Assembly: GCA_043819555.1 (NCBI GenBank)
Contig: JBDREQ010000033.1
Span: 1-37,658, forward strand
DNA: 37,658 nucleotides
Direction: 5' to 3'
Source of the DNA: Candidatus Zixiibacteriota bacterium
GTDB lineage: Bacteria; Zixibacteria; MSB-5A5; GN15; JAAZOE01
Part shown: in pieces, positions 37,338 through 37,658 of the stretch
Numbering within the stretch: the stretch's first letter is position 1
How the letters are laid out: every line of letters starts with the position of its first letter
Notes under the pieces: model-generated
What the model was told of the DNA's origin: nothing
The model's input: only the letters and a program-made list of their open reading frames with translations
The model's database searches: none
Translations under genes and position numbers: made by a program

Positions 37338-37658
37338 TTACATTTTTCTCGTGTATTCTGCCTTCATCATATCGATCCAGGTTTTTCCGTTATCAAATGA
37401 AGAATCCATAGTCCATTCGAATTTATTCTCGGTTATATTGAAGAAAGTTGTGCGGGATAGAAATTTCTGCCCCTGATAAGATTCTTCTCCTGAAAGAATT
37501 ATCTTTTCATCTACATAATCGCCAATATAAAGACTAATATGAGCCGCCATATTATCAATCCATGTCGTTTGCCATTTTCCATACTCACGGCTATAGCATA
37601 AGATTCCCTCACCCTTGAATTTCATTCCCATGATTTCTGATTCAAGTACCTGGCGAAG
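37338..37658 (-). CDS. DUF1579-like protein, 5'-truncated by the window edge
   Basis: The frame stays open to the window end. Motifs 'MGMKFKGEG...Y...WQTTWIDNM' and 'DNGKTW...M...YTR'. Confidence 0.65.
   Translation of the reverse strand, partial: LRQVLESEIMGMKFKGEGILCYSREYGKWQTTWIDNMAAHISLYIGDYVDEKIILSGEESYQGQKFLSRTTFFNITENKFEWTMDSSFDNGKTWIDMMKAEYTRKM

Overview
Bacterial chromosomal window, moderately AT-rich. SprA plus a fibronectin-III/dockerin protein suggest an FCB-superphylum organism, possibly Zixibacteria-like (inference only). Most of it is a + strand housekeeping run: recG (with a 1-nt frameshift near its 3' end), DUF1844, murB, sprA, selA-selB-amidohydrolase, glnA, purN-purC-purH, smg/DUF494, coaBC, family-4 UDG, dnaB, mlaE-mlaF, radA and tgt. 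The left end holds the 5' end of an IS30-family element and a pilV-pilW-pilX-like minor pilin cluster. The right end holds an AT-rich two-gene cassette (histone-H1-like Lys-rich protein plus a TIR/NDT-like protein), a secreted alpha/beta hydrolase, an FN3-dockerin protein, an orphan sigma54 response regulator and a truncated DUF1579-like gene. Intergenic DNA carries several families of REP-like palindromes. The best leads are: (i) the polylysine protein plus TIR/NDT-like operon as a candidate defence or toxin-antitoxin module; (ii) an IS30 apparently inserted into a ~120-bp REP-doublet element that has three copies here; (iii) a 21-bp operator-like motif shared between the pilin promoter region and the sigma54 regulator 33 kb away. 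All family assignments are by motif recognition; no searches were run.
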